Shown here piece by piece: positions 10,290-19,260 of a stretch of 64,000 nt of DNA. Each line of letters begins with the position of its first letter. Position 1 is the first letter of the stretch. The position numbers and the translations under genes are program-made. The notes beneath the pieces were generated by a model. It searched no databases. It saw only the letters and a program-made list of their open reading frames with translations, and had not been told where the DNA came from. This DNA is from Shewanella sp. (lineage in GTDB: Bacteria > Pseudomonadota > Gammaproteobacteria > Enterobacterales > Shewanellaceae): NCBI RefSeq assembly GCF_047975355.1, contig NZ_JBKEDJ010000055.1, positions 7,760 to 71,759 on the forward strand, written 5' to 3'.

Positions 10290-11489
10290 TGTATTAGTTC
10301 AGACTAGATCTGACACATCATCTTGAAAAGATGAGAGTTACCCACTTTGATAAAGGTGTCGAAACTTCAATCAAAGCAAAAAGGTAACTCTCATGCTTCA
10401 TACTAACAATCCCATCATTAAACACAAAGCTGGTTTACTCAATCTCGCTGAAGAATTGGGAAACGTGTCTAAAGCTTGTAAAGTCATGGGGCTTTTCCGT
10501 GATACTTTCTATCGCTATCAAGAGCTGGTTGAAAACGGCGGCGTTGAGTCGTTAATAAATCGGTCCAGAAGAACACCTAATCTCAAGAATCGTGTCGATG
10601 ATCCTACTGAAAATGCCGTCTTAACGCATGCTATCGCATTTCCAGCTCATGGGCAGTCTCGCACGAGTAATGAGCTTCGAAAACAAGGGATATTTGTCTC
10701 CGCCAGTGGCGTGCGCTCCATTTGGTTACGGCACGGTTTAGAGAACTTCAAAAAGCGATTAAAAGCCCTCGAAGCCAAAGTCGAGCGAGAAGGGATAATT
10801 CTGTCGGATGAACAAGTTGCCGCCCTTGAGTGTAAGCAGCAAGACGATGAAGCCTGCGGTGAAATTGAAACGCATCATCCAGGTTATCTCGGCTCGCAAG
10901 ATACCTTTTACGTTGGCAATCTTAAGGGCGTAGGCCGGATATATCAGCAAACCTTTGTCGATACCTACAGCAAAGTTGCTTTCGCGAAACTGTATACCAC
11001 GAAAACCCCAATCACCTCGGCCGATTTACTCAACGACCGAGTTTTACCGTTCTTTGAGGCACAGGCACTGCCCATGTTGCGCATCTTGACAGACAGAGGA
11101 ACCGAATACTGTGGCAAAGTGGAACAGCACGACTATCAGCTGTATTTAGCGATTAACGATATAGAGCACACTAAGACGAAGGCGAGACACCCGCAAACTA
11201 ATGGGATCTGCGAACGGTTCCATAAAACCATTTTGAATGAGTTTTATCAGGTTACTTTCTGCAAAAAACTGTACGGCAACATGGAGGAACTACAGAAAGA
11301 TCTGGACGAATGGCTGGCTTATTACAACAATGAACGAACCCATCAAGGTAAAATTTGCTGCGGTAGAACACCACTGGCCACATTAATCGATGGGAAACGG
11401 GTTTGGGCTGAAAAGAATTTAGCTCAAATCTAATCTGACAGTGACACCCTAAAAATGGGCAACTGTCAGATCAGGTCTGAGCTAGTACA
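10290..11489 (+). mobile_element. IS481-family insertion sequence, 1200 bp, complete
   Basis: 26-bp terminal IRs TGTATTAGTTCAGACTAGATCTGACA (10290-10315) and TGTCAGATCAGGTCTGAGCTAGTACA (11464-11489), 4 mismatches, TGT...ACA ends; single transposase ORF; 7-bp DR. Confidence 0.92.
10393..11433 (+). CDS. IS481-family DDE transposase
   Basis: N-terminal HTH (LGNVSKACKVMG), integrase core SQDTFY...LTDRGTEYCG...PQTNGICERFHKT...YNNERTHQG. Confidence 0.93.
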   Translation: MLHTNNPIIKHKAGLLNLAEELGNVSKACKVMGLFRDTFYRYQELVENGGVESLINRSRRTPNLKNRVDDPTENAVLTHAIAFPAHGQSRTSNELRKQGIFVSASGVRSIWLRHGLENFKKRLKALEAKVEREGIILSDEQVAALECKQQDDEACGEIETHHPGYLGSQDTFYVGNLKGVGRIYQQTFVDTYSKVAFAKLYTTKTPITSADLLNDRVLPFFEAQALPMLRILTDRGTEYCGKVEQHDYQLYLAINDIEHTKTKARHPQTNGICERFHKTILNEFYQVTFCKKLYGNMEELQKDLDEWLAYYNNERTHQGKICCGRTPLATLIDGKRVWAEKNLAQI

Positions 11490-11496
11490 AATCAAT
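11490..11496 (+). repeat. Target-site duplication, right copy (AATCAAT)
   Basis: Matches 10283-10289. Confidence 0.85.
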
Positions 11497-11506
11497 CAGC
11501 CTAAAT

Positions 11507-11531
11507 AAAAAATGCGCCCGAAGGCGCTTTT
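11507..11531 (-). terminator. Probable terminator of yqiJK
   Basis: GCGCC-cgaa-GGCGC stem with a U-rich tail on the minus strand. Confidence 0.6.
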
Positions 11532-11618
11532 ATATTCAATGCTGAGAATGTCAATCAAGATTATGATTTAAGCCCTAGGCCATCATTCAGGATCGACAGC
11601 AATTTAAACCAATGATCG

Positions 11619-13385
11619 TTAACTTAAATGACCATCGGTTTTATGCACATGCCCATTAAGCCCTGCATTCGCCGACTTAACCACATCTAAGGCCTCTGTC
11701 GTCAGGGTATTATTACCATTGAGCAGATCGTTTAAGGTGCCAGATTCCGATTGCACTAAGCCTAACTCCCGCAACATAGCATCCACCACGGGTGCATTGG
11801 CACGGTAGTTTAACGCGGCGCTCGTCACCTGCTCGGCAATTCCACCTTGACTAACACTTGCTCCATCAACGCCCGAGGCAAACTGATTACCTGCACCATA
11901 ACCCTGAAGGATCTTAATGCCTTCAATGTTTTCCAACGGTTTAACCGCCTGCGCGACAATCTCAGGCAGCGCTTTTAAGATAGCGAGGGATTTTTGCAGC
12001 GCAATCTGCTCATCACGCAGCACGTTTTCGGCTTCGTACAGGGCTTGTTTACCCGCAGCTTCGACCGCATAGACCTTCTCGTCAGCCTCAGCTTGCAGTT
12101 TCTTGGCATCGGCACTGGCGCGGGCTTCAATCAGAATTGCGCTAGATCTGTCTTCGGCAGCACGTTTTTCCGCCTCGGCTTGCACTGTCACACCTACCGC
12201 ATCGCGTTCCGCTTCTTTGCGAGCATCGATCACTTCAATCTCTTTACGACGATTCGCTTCCGCCACCTGACGCACCGTAATAACCGCTTCTTCTTTCTCA
12301 ACCTTGGTTTTTTCTGCTTCTGCGGCGCGGGCACGGGCGGCAGACTCTTCTTCCGACTTCGCAGCTACTGCGATGTGTTTTTCTTGCTCGGCGACTTCGA
12401 TATCACGTTGCTGCTGAATACGAGCCTGTTCGATAGATTTGCGTTTTTCAATTTCGCGGGTTTCGATATCCTTGGTTTTTTCGATTTCCGCGGTTTCGAT
12501 TGCGCGCTCTTTGGCAATCTCGGCCTCGCGTTCTTCACGGGCCTTGTTTTCTTTTTGCTTAATAATTTCCGCTTTTTGCTCGGCACGCTTAAATTCGAGC
12601 GACTGCTGCTGGATAAGACGGGCCTCTTCTTCGGACTTTTCAATCTCCAGCGACTCTTTTTCCGCCTCTAAGTTACGCTGCTCGATCTTGATGCGGTTCT
12701 CCTGCTGGATATCGTTGGTCTCTTTACGTTTTTCTTCGATGATCTTGGCTAAACGTGCACGACCTTCGGCGTCGAATGCGTTGTTCTCATTGAAGAATTG
12801 CAGATCAGTTTGGTCAAAACCCGTCAACGAAACGGATTCGAGCTCTAGCCCGTTTTTCTCGAGATCGTTGGCGACGTTATTCTGTACCCGCTGCACAAAA
12901 TCGGCGCGCTGCTCGTGCATTTCTGTCATGGTCATTTCGGCCGCAACGGCACGTAACACATCAACAAACTTAGATTCCATCAGCTTTTTAAGCTCTTCTA
13001 CTCGTGTGGTACGGGTACCTAAGGTTTGTGCCGCCATCGAAATGCCTTCGGCATTAGGCGCCACACGCAGATAGAAGTCAGCCTTCACATCGACGCGCAT
13101 TCTATCCTTAGTGATCAGCGCATCTTTTTGGGTTTTCTCCACTTCGATACGCAGGGTATTCATATTTACGGCTATGGTTTCATGCAGAACGGGTAAGACG
13201 ATTGCGCCGCCATCCTTAATAATTTTTTCACCACCAAACCCCGTACGTACAAAAGCCATTTCCTTCGTCGCACGTTTATATAACTTGGCGAAAATCAGAC
13301 CAATCACAATCAGGCCAATCAATACCATTCCGGCAACTAACAACACGAAGTTGCTTGAACTGGTTACATCATTTAACACATCCAT
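11619..13385 (-). CDS. yqiK: Flotillin/SPFH-domain membrane protein
   Basis: N-terminal TM, SPFH (AFVRTGFGG, LITKDRMRVDV, NGLELESVSLT, FDAEG), long EA/EK-rich coiled coil, flotillin C-terminus LPEIV. Confidence 0.9.
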   Translation of the reverse strand: MDVLNDVTSSSNFVLLVAGMVLIGLIVIGLIFAKLYKRATKEMAFVRTGFGGEKIIKDGGAIVLPVLHETIAVNMNTLRIEVEKTQKDALITKDRMRVDVKADFYLRVAPNAEGISMAAQTLGTRTTRVEELKKLMESKFVDVLRAVAAEMTMTEMHEQRADFVQRVQNNVANDLEKNGLELESVSLTGFDQTDLQFFNENNAFDAEGRARLAKIIEEKRKETNDIQQENRIKIEQRNLEAEKESLEIEKSEEEARLIQQQSLEFKRAEQKAEIIKQKENKAREEREAEIAKERAIETAEIEKTKDIETREIEKRKSIEQARIQQQRDIEVAEQEKHIAVAAKSEEESAARARAAEAEKTKVEKEEAVITVRQVAEANRRKEIEVIDARKEAERDAVGVTVQAEAEKRAAEDRSSAILIEARASADAKKLQAEADEKVYAVEAAGKQALYEAENVLRDEQIALQKSLAILKALPEIVAQAVKPLENIEGIKILQGYGAGNQFASGVDGASVSQGGIAEQVTSAALNYRANAPVVDAMLRELGLVQSESGTLNDLLNGNNTLTTEALDVVKSANAGLNGHVHKTDGHLS

Positions 13386-13418
13386 TTGCTTTCCTTTTTC
13401 GTTAATGGCTTTGGAAAA

Positions 13419-14060
13419 TTAATTATCAAAGCGAGTCGCAGACCAGACTCTTCCTTCTCGTTTCAGCAGCACCACTTGCGTGCCACTGGCAAACTCGATA
13501 CCCGAGGTTTCGGGTTCGACTAATACATAATGTTTTTGTTGATGTTTATCGCGTACAACCGCCTCTGACGGCATGCCCTTTATGGCACAGCCTAAGGTGA
13601 TAGTGCCGACATAACCGCTTAAATCATCGAGGGATATAGCCGTGGACTCATTCTTGGGGAGCAGATCGGCCAATACTCGCCCCAGATAGCGACAGGAAAA
13701 AGCACTCCCGACCACGGCAATAGGTAGAGTAAAGAGTTGGGGTAACAAGACGCCCGTCAATGTCAGGCTCAGGTAATTAACGAGATAACCGACGATGGCA
13801 AAGCTGGTCAGTGCCAGTACAAACCAGATAAGTAAGGGTAATCGATTCAGACATAGCCAGCCTGCGATCCCCGTAAGGCCTGTCCCACCGATCTCGGCAT
13901 CATAATCCACATCGGCGGGCACCCACTGGTCGAGCGCACTCATCATGCTTAACCCTATCACTAGGGCTAAGGCTTCAAACACACCAAGGACAAGCACGCA
14001 GGCGAAGGCAATAGTGTAAGGTAGGTTAGGCTGTTCAACTAAAAACGCCCACATAGTCAT
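13419..14060 (-). CDS. yqiJ: YqiJ-family (NfeD-like) membrane protein, flotillin partner
   Basis: TM helices, WL.L.RLPLL, C-terminal OB-fold with EAVVRD...KHYVLVEP; directly upstream of yqiK. Confidence 0.85.
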   Translation of the reverse strand: MTMWAFLVEQPNLPYTIAFACVLVLGVFEALALVIGLSMMSALDQWVPADVDYDAEIGGTGLTGIAGWLCLNRLPLLIWFVLALTSFAIVGYLVNYLSLTLTGVLLPQLFTLPIAVVGSAFSCRYLGRVLADLLPKNESTAISLDDLSGYVGTITLGCAIKGMPSEAVVRDKHQQKHYVLVEPETSGIEFASGTQVVLLKREGRVWSATRFDN

Positions 14061-14160
14061 CTCCTTGAACGATACAGCATTCCATTTATTTCACTGTAAT
14101 TATCAACTTACGAGTGACAGAATAGCAAGGCGAGCCTAGTTTCCAAACAAAAAATTTACC

Positions 14161-14727
14161 CTAAAACGGATTTTGACTAAATCCTTGCTGCGCCAGAATC
14201 GCATGGGCCGTCATTGCCGAGAGCGCCATATCGACACCCGGTAATAAAGAAGAGTTGTGTAGGTCAAAATAGGCCGCGCTCTGACCACAGATATAAAACT
14301 TTACCCCATAAGCCACTAAGGCTTTAACTAAGGCTTTATTGGGGTTTTGCTCCCCTTTGTGCTGCTTGGCATAAAAGCTATCATCGGCTAAATCGCCAAC
14401 GGCACTGCCATGCACCACCATAGCGAGCTCAATATCGCTTTCTTTAACGCCAGCAACCACGTGCATATTAATAAAACGGGCAAGGCTGTCGAGCTGACGA
14501 TTCACTTGACCAACATCGGCCGCCTTACTCATGTCGAACGCTACCTTAAACTTCATCCCCGCAGGGATCGCAAGGGTGCTTTCGACCTTAGCCACTTGAC
14601 CAAATTCGGGGATGGCACTGCCCGGCGCAAAGCTCTCGGCTCCGGCGTGTACGGCACTGGATAAGCCGACCAACAGCGCCATGCTTATGACTTTTAGGGT
14701 TTTAGTGTGATGTGATTTTGGCTGCAT
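14161..14727 (-). CDS. DsrE/DsrF-like family protein with signal peptide
   Basis: KVAFD, VVHG and GVKFYICGQS motifs; N-terminal signal peptide. Confidence 0.75.
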   Translation of the reverse strand: MQPKSHHTKTLKVISMALLVGLSSAVHAGAESFAPGSAIPEFGQVAKVESTLAIPAGMKFKVAFDMSKAADVGQVNRQLDSLARFINMHVVAGVKESDIELAMVVHGSAVGDLADDSFYAKQHKGEQNPNKALVKALVAYGVKFYICGQSAAYFDLHNSSLLPGVDMALSAMTAHAILAQQGFSQNPF

Positions 14728-14796
14728 GATATTATCATCCTGTTATTGTTATTTTTTCGTGCTAATAGATAACGACAGCACCTTAAGATTGAGTCT

Positions 14797-16302
14797 ATGG
14801 ATACCGCTATGAACAGCAAAGAACCTACGCCAAGTTACGATAAACTCACGGCCCATTTCCAGAAAATTTCACATTTTGAACATGTTAGTGCGCTAGGTGA
14901 TTGGGATCAGGCCGCCATGATGCCCCTCGGTGGCGGCAGTGAACGTGGTGATGCCATGGCAGAACTGGCATTACATATCCATAGCCTTAAAACGGCGCCA
15001 GAGCTTGGCGATAACCTCGCTCGAGCCTCACAAGAGGCGCTGAGCCCAGAGCAACAGGCCAATCTGAGGGAAATGCAATATCAGTATCAACAGGCGACCT
15101 TAGTGCCGGGTGAGTTGGTACAGGCCAAAACGAAAATGGCCTACCAGTGTGAAAATGCTTGGCGCGAACAACGCAAAAACAATGATTGGCAAGGTTTTAA
15201 ACCGAATCTAAAAGCGGTGATTTCCCTCGCGAGGGAAGAAGCCTTAATTCGCGCCCAGGCGCTTAACATCTCCCCCTACGATGCCCTGCTCGATAAATTT
15301 GAGCCCGGCATGACCACGGCAAAGCTCGAACAAACCTTTGGCGACCTGAAGATTTGGTTACCCTCTCTTATTCAAGATGTGCTGGCAAAACAAGCCAGTG
15401 AACCCAAGCTTATCCTTAACGGCCCCTTTGATATCAAGGCACAGCAGGCTCTCGGCCAAGCTGTGATGGCCTATTTAGGGTTTGATTTTAACCATGGCAG
15501 GCTCGATATCAGCAGCCACCCATTTTGTGGTGGAGTGCCCAGCGATGTACGCATCACGACGCGTTATAATGAAGCCGATTTTAGCAGTGCTATCATGGGC
15601 ATAGTGCATGAAACTGGCCACGCCCGTTATGAACAGGGCTTACCGAAACAATGGCGCGGACAGCCTGCAGGATTGGCTCGCTCCATGGGCATCCATGAGA
15701 GCCAAAGCTTATTTTGTGAAATGCAGCTCGGTGCCAATCCCGCGTTTTTACGCCAACTGCAACCACTGATTAAACAGCATTTAGGATGCGAGTTCAGCGC
15801 CCAAGACTTGGCAAGACACTATACCCGCGTCAATCCGGGGCTTATCCGTGTCGATGCCGATGAAGTCACTTACCCTTGCCATATTCTACTGCGCTTTGAG
15901 GCCGAAAAAGCCTTTATCGACGGCAGTCTGAGCGTGGATGACCTCCCCGATTTTTGGTCAAGCCAGATGCAACAACTGCTCGGTATCAATACCGATGGTA
16001 ACTATCGCGATGGTTGTATGCAGGATATCCATTGGGCCGTGGGTGAACTGGGTTATTTCCCAAGTTATACCTTAGGTGCCATGTATGCTGCCCAATGCCG
16101 TTTTGCGATGGAGCGAAGCTTAGGCCCGATTGAAAACCTTATCGATAATGGGCAGTTATCCCAAGTATTTGACTGGCTTGGCAGCCATATTTGGTCCAAA
16201 GGCTCATTACTGACAACGGATGAGCTCATCATTCAAGCCACAGGCGAACCGCTAAATAGCCAATATCTTGCCAAACACTTGAAGCAACGTTATTTGGGAT
16301 AA
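14797..16302 (+). CDS. Carboxypeptidase Taq, metallopeptidase M32
   Basis: HPF, DVRITTRY, HETGHA.YEQ, HESQSL, IRVDADE, QDIHW and GYFPSY motifs. Confidence 0.95.
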   Translation: MDTAMNSKEPTPSYDKLTAHFQKISHFEHVSALGDWDQAAMMPLGGGSERGDAMAELALHIHSLKTAPELGDNLARASQEALSPEQQANLREMQYQYQQATLVPGELVQAKTKMAYQCENAWREQRKNNDWQGFKPNLKAVISLAREEALIRAQALNISPYDALLDKFEPGMTTAKLEQTFGDLKIWLPSLIQDVLAKQASEPKLILNGPFDIKAQQALGQAVMAYLGFDFNHGRLDISSHPFCGGVPSDVRITTRYNEADFSSAIMGIVHETGHARYEQGLPKQWRGQPAGLARSMGIHESQSLFCEMQLGANPAFLRQLQPLIKQHLGCEFSAQDLARHYTRVNPGLIRVDADEVTYPCHILLRFEAEKAFIDGSLSVDDLPDFWSSQMQQLLGINTDGNYRDGCMQDIHWAVGELGYFPSYTLGAMYAAQCRFAMERSLGPIENLIDNGQLSQVFDWLGSHIWSKGSLLTTDELIIQATGEPLNSQYLAKHLKQRYLG

Positions 16303-16420
16303 ACGAGGTGAGCTGTCTAGATAATCGCAGCACTGCCGAGTTTCAAAGCTTTTGCTGCGATTTGGGTATATAATCCCCAACTTATTTATTCACACTGTTT
16401 TGGGCGGAAAAAGGTCGACC

Positions 16421-16915
16421 ATGTTACTGCGTGCAATCACCCCAGAGGATTGGGATGCTATTTTACAGATCCAGGAAGAATGTTACTCCCAACTGGATCC
16501 TGAACCCCTGCATGTATTGCAAAGCAAATGGCACGTCTCACCTCAATCCTGTTTTGTGTTTGAGGTCAATGAAGCTGTGGTGGGCTATTGCCTCGCCCAC
16601 CCTTGGACCACCAATATGCCTCCCGCACTGTATGAGCCCATTACTCAGTTACCTAAGGCCGATACCTTGTATCTACACGATATTGCGATCTCGGTAAAAG
16701 CCCAAGGTTTAGGTGCTGGCTCCAAGGCCTTGATGCGCCTAAAGCAGCTCGCAGATCATTTTAATTTAAGCTCCCTCTCCTTAGTGGCGGTACAAGGTGC
16801 AGACAGCTATTGGCGCAAAATGGGTTTTAAACCTAAGACCATAGAGAAATGTCTTGGCAGCTACACTGACGATGCCATGTACATGATTTATAAACTTAAT
16901 CATCGAGAAAAATGA
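16421..16915 (+). CDS. GNAT-family N-acetyltransferase
   Basis: LYLHDIAI...AQGLGAG acetyl-CoA motif and YW..MGF; start set to ATG 16421 (AAGG upstream). Confidence 0.85.
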   Translation: MLLRAITPEDWDAILQIQEECYSQLDPEPLHVLQSKWHVSPQSCFVFEVNEAVVGYCLAHPWTTNMPPALYEPITQLPKADTLYLHDIAISVKAQGLGAGSKALMRLKQLADHFNLSSLSLVAVQGADSYWRKMGFKPKTIEKCLGSYTDDAMYMIYKLNHREK

Positions 16916-17265
16916 TGCATCCTACACTGACAACAATCGGTTTACTCTGTCTTAGTAATATTTTTATGACCTTTGCCTGGTACGGGCATTTAAAGTCCTT
17001 AGGCTCAAAACCTTGGATTATTGCTGCCCTAGTCAGTTGGGGTATAGCTCTATTTGAATACCTGCTGCAAGTGCCTGCTAACCGTATCGGCTACACAGTG
17101 ATGAATGTCGGGCAATTAAAAATCCTGCAGGAAGTCATCACCTTAAGTTTGTTTGTACCCTTCGCCTACTTCTATATGAAGGAACCACTCAAACTCGACT
17201 ATCTCTGGGCTGGTCTGTGTATTCTCGGTGCTGTGTATTTTATTTTTAGAAGCGAATTCAATTAA
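16912..17265 (+). CDS. DMT-superfamily small membrane protein (DUF486-like)
   Basis: SNIFMTFAWYGHLK, SWGIALFEY.LQVPANRIG and QLKILQEVITL; 4 TM; ATGA overlap with the GNAT gene. Confidence 0.85.
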   Translation: MMHPTLTTIGLLCLSNIFMTFAWYGHLKSLGSKPWIIAALVSWGIALFEYLLQVPANRIGYTVMNVGQLKILQEVITLSLFVPFAYFYMKEPLKLDYLWAGLCILGAVYFIFRSEFN

Positions 17266-17303
17266 TTTCAGAACCATTTCAAGACTTTTTTCAGGAGATA
17301 TCC

Positions 17304-17561
17304 ATGGCGCGTCAAGTGACTTACACCTTCAAGGGTGAGACGAAAACTATCGCCTTTACGTATGATAAACATCGCGATTTATACGAAGCTGTGGCCGAGG
17401 CCGAAGGCATAGACCTAACCAAGTTTCTCGCGATGGAACAACAAATTGCCATGACCTCTCGTAAAGGTGCCAAGGCTGAAAAAGACTATCGCAAAGTCGA
17501 GTTTGCGCGCTTTGGGTTTAGCAATATCCACTTTGTACGTGATGAAGAACCCGAGGCCTAA
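17304..17561 (+). CDS. Small conserved protein (probably DUF2960)
   Basis: 85 aa, strong AGGAG RBS; family call from memory. Confidence 0.65.
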   Translation: MARQVTYTFKGETKTIAFTYDKHRDLYEAVAEAEGIDLTKFLAMEQQIAMTSRKGAKAEKDYRKVEFARFGFSNIHFVRDEEPEA

Positions 17562-17600
17562 GCCTTATCGTCATTTATCCATTTAGAATTAGGATCGCAG

Positions 17601-18110
17601 ATGTTAAATGCTGAACATGCCAACTTCCCCCGTGCCGGGTTCTTCCGCCGCCTAGGGGCAATGATCTATGACCTACTGCTCGCGGTGGCTGTGTATATGT
17701 TTGCTGGTGCCATCGGCTTTGGTATTTTTTACGGACTCACGGCCTCAGGCCTCATTGGCATGAATGGATTTGAGCATGTGTCCGATGCCCTCAATGGCAC
17801 ACCGATTTACCATGGGATTTATCAACTCTGGTTAGTGCTCTGTGTAGGTACTTTCTATGCGCTATTTTGGAGTAAGGGCGGTCAAACCCTCGGGATGCGC
17901 GCCTGGCGCCTTAAGATCCAACATCCGAATGGTCAAAACTTAAGCCTTATCACCGCCTATGCACGCATCGTCTGGTCATTACTTGGGATTGGTAATCTAT
18001 GGGTACTTATCAACGACGATAAACTCGCACTACAGGATATGATGACCCGCTCAGAAGTCGTAGTGTTATCGAAGGAAGCCAACCAAATGCGTAACTGGCA
18101 TGGCGCTTAA
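17601..18110 (+). CDS. RDD-family membrane protein
   Basis: AGFFRRLGAMIYD, GQTLGMRAW and LQD motifs. Confidence 0.88.
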   Translation: MLNAEHANFPRAGFFRRLGAMIYDLLLAVAVYMFAGAIGFGIFYGLTASGLIGMNGFEHVSDALNGTPIYHGIYQLWLVLCVGTFYALFWSKGGQTLGMRAWRLKIQHPNGQNLSLITAYARIVWSLLGIGNLWVLINDDKLALQDMMTRSEVVVLSKEANQMRNWHGA

Positions 18111-18155
18111 ACCTAGCATCTGAGCCTCACAACCGTGATTAAGCTTAAGTGCCCC

Positions 18156-18189
18156 AATAAAAAACGACGCCATGGCGTCGTTTTTTATT
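18156..18189. terminator. Bidirectional terminator (perfect 34-bp palindrome)
   Basis: AATAAAAAACGACGCCA|TGGCGTCGTTTTTTATT between convergent RDD and lptG genes. Confidence 0.85.
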
Positions 18190-18201
18190 ATCGGCGTCTT
18201 A

Positions 18202-19260
18202 TCACCGCCGGATAAAGTAGAAGGCAATTCCAGTAAATAGCAGACTCGGCGCGATAGCTCCCACGTAGGCTGGCAGCTCATACACTATGCTCATGGGGCC
18301 AAAGATCTCATTGCTGATATAGAAGCTAAAACCCGCGACAACGCCGAGCAACACCCTCGCGCCCATAGTTACAGTTCGCAGCGGACCGAACACAAAGGAC
18401 AAGGCCACCAGCATCATCACCCCAACGGTGACAGGTTGCATCACCTTACGCCAGAGGGCCAATTCGTAACGGCTTGGATCTTGGCTGTTATTTTTAAGGT
18501 AGTCTAAGTAACCCATTAACCCGCGGATAGATAAGGCCTCGGGCTTAACCGATACCACACTGAGTTTGTCGGGCGTGAGGCTTGAGCGCCAAATGTCTTC
18601 GTCTAAGTGTTCAAGCTTCACTTCGTCATAGCTTAGGTCGGTGCGCTTTACATCCATAAGATGCCAGCTGTCGTTACTGAACAAGGCGCTCTTGGCATGA
18701 ACGACATTGGTAAGCTTTAACTCACTGTTAAATTTATACAAAGTAATATTATTCAGCTTATCGATGTCTGCCACTTCACCAATATTCACGAACAAATCGC
18801 CATCCTTAGCCCAAATGCCCCGGTGGGATTTAATCAAACTGCCGCCGGAGAGCTTAATGGCTTGGAGTTCATTGGCCTTTTGCTCAGCCACAGGCGCGCC
18901 CCACTCACCCAATGCCATCACCATCAACATCAGTGGCACCGCGGTTTTCATCGCAGACAGTGTGATCTGCAACCTCGACATTCCCGAGGCTTGCATCACC
19001 ACTAGCTCAGAGTTTGAGGCTAGCATCCCCATGCCGATCAGGGCGCCTAAGAGCACAGCCATAGGGAAAAACATTTCAATATCGCGAGGCACGAGGAATA
19101 GCACATAAATGCCAGCGTCCATCATAGTGTACGAACCGCGTCCCACTAAGCGCAGTTGGTCAACCCACTTAATAATGCCCGACAAGCCCGTCAGTACCAG
19201 CAAACACAGCGCCGAAGTGCTTAATAAAACTCTGGCGATATAAAGGTCTAAAATCTTCAT
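18202..19260 (-). CDS. lptG: LPS export ABC transporter permease LptG
   Basis: MKILDLYI, LASNSELVVMQASGMS, FVFGPLR; follows lptF. Confidence 0.95.
   Translation of the reverse strand: MKILDLYIARVLLSTSALCLLVLTGLSGIIKWVDQLRLVGRGSYTMMDAGIYVLFLVPRDIEMFFPMAVLLGALIGMGMLASNSELVVMQASGMSRLQITLSAMKTAVPLMLMVMALGEWGAPVAEQKANELQAIKLSGGSLIKSHRGIWAKDGDLFVNIGEVADIDKLNNITLYKFNSELKLTNVVHAKSALFSNDSWHLMDVKRTDLSYDEVKLEHLDEDIWRSSLTPDKLSVVSVKPEALSIRGLMGYLDYLKNNSQDPSRYELALWRKVMQPVTVGVMMLVALSFVFGPLRTVTMGARVLLGVVAGFSFYISNEIFGPMSIVYELPAYVGAIAPSLLFTGIAFYFIRR

Noticed and set aside
10393..11433. Transposase as a pseudogene
   Set aside because: The ORF is uninterrupted, the DDE residues are present and both IRs are intact.
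11994..13422. Long plus-strand ORFs (225, 211 and 103 aa) opposite yqiK
   Set aside because: Antisense shadows of a repetitive coiled-coil gene; F/S/L-biased composition and no motifs.
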